Source of the DNA: Meyerozyma guilliermondii
Lineage: Eukaryota
DNA: 32,188 bases
NCBI GenBank assembly: GCA_051546255.1
Contig: CP128820.1
Span: forward strand, 992,001-1,024,188
Direction of reading: 5' to 3'
Every line of letters starts with the position of its first letter. The stretch's first letter is position 1. This document shows positions 31,803 through 32,188 of this stretch, one piece after another. Both the position numbers and the translations under genes were made by a program. The notes under the pieces are model-generated. The model ran no database searches. It saw nothing but the letters and a program-made list of their open reading frames with translations, and was not told the origin of the DNA.

Positions 31803-32188
31803 TGTACTGGTGTACTGGTGTACTGGTGTACTGGTGTACTGGTGTACTGGTGTACTGGTGTACTGGTGTACTGGTGTACTGGTGTACTGGTGTACTGGTG
31901 TACTGGTGTACTGGTGTACTGGTGTACTGGTGTACTGGTGTACTGGTGTACTGGTGTACTGGTGTACTGGTGTACTGGTGTACTGGTGTACTGGTGTACT
32001 GGTGTACTGGTGTACTGGTGTACTGGTGTACTGGTGTACTGGTGTACTGGTGTACTGGTGTACTGGTGTACTGGTGTACTGGTGTACTGGTGTACTGGTG
32101 TACTGGTGTACTGGTGTACTGGTGTACTGGTGTACTGGTGTACTGGTGTACTGGTGTACTGGTGTACTGGTGTACTGGTGTACTGGTA
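31803..32188 (+). repeat. Telomeric repeat array (TGTACTGG)n, ~48 units
   Basis: Perfect 8-bp tandem repeat with the G-rich strand running 5'->3' to the window end; same unit as the ACTGGTGT repeat I recall for Meyerozyma guilliermondii. Confidence 0.96.

Overview
Chromosome end of a budding yeast. It terminates in ~48 copies of the 8-bp telomere repeat TGTACTGG, which matches from memory the Meyerozyma (Candida) guilliermondii ACTGGTGT repeat, so CUG probably encodes Ser. The left ~20 kb is a typical subtelomeric contingency zone: acid sphingomyelinase-like 3' end, ATR1-like MFS, GRE2-like reductase, thioredoxin, formamidase, a frameshifted ferric reductase, a ketopantoate-reductase pseudogene, an amino-acid permease, a JLP1/TauD dioxygenase, a phased 22-bp motif array and a probable NUMT. 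The distal ~11 kb is a compact 7-gene cluster: DAL5-family permease, C45 Ntn acyltransferase/hydrolase, Zn2Cys6 TF, CYP504-like P450, SDR, a second Zn2Cys6 TF and an amidohydrolase. Its three divergent promoters each carry an everted CCG-N17-CGG element, and both TFs need an intron (missed by the ORF track) to assemble their zinc cluster. This looks like a self-regulated catabolic cluster, plausibly for N-acyl aromatic amides. That function is inferred, not demonstrated.
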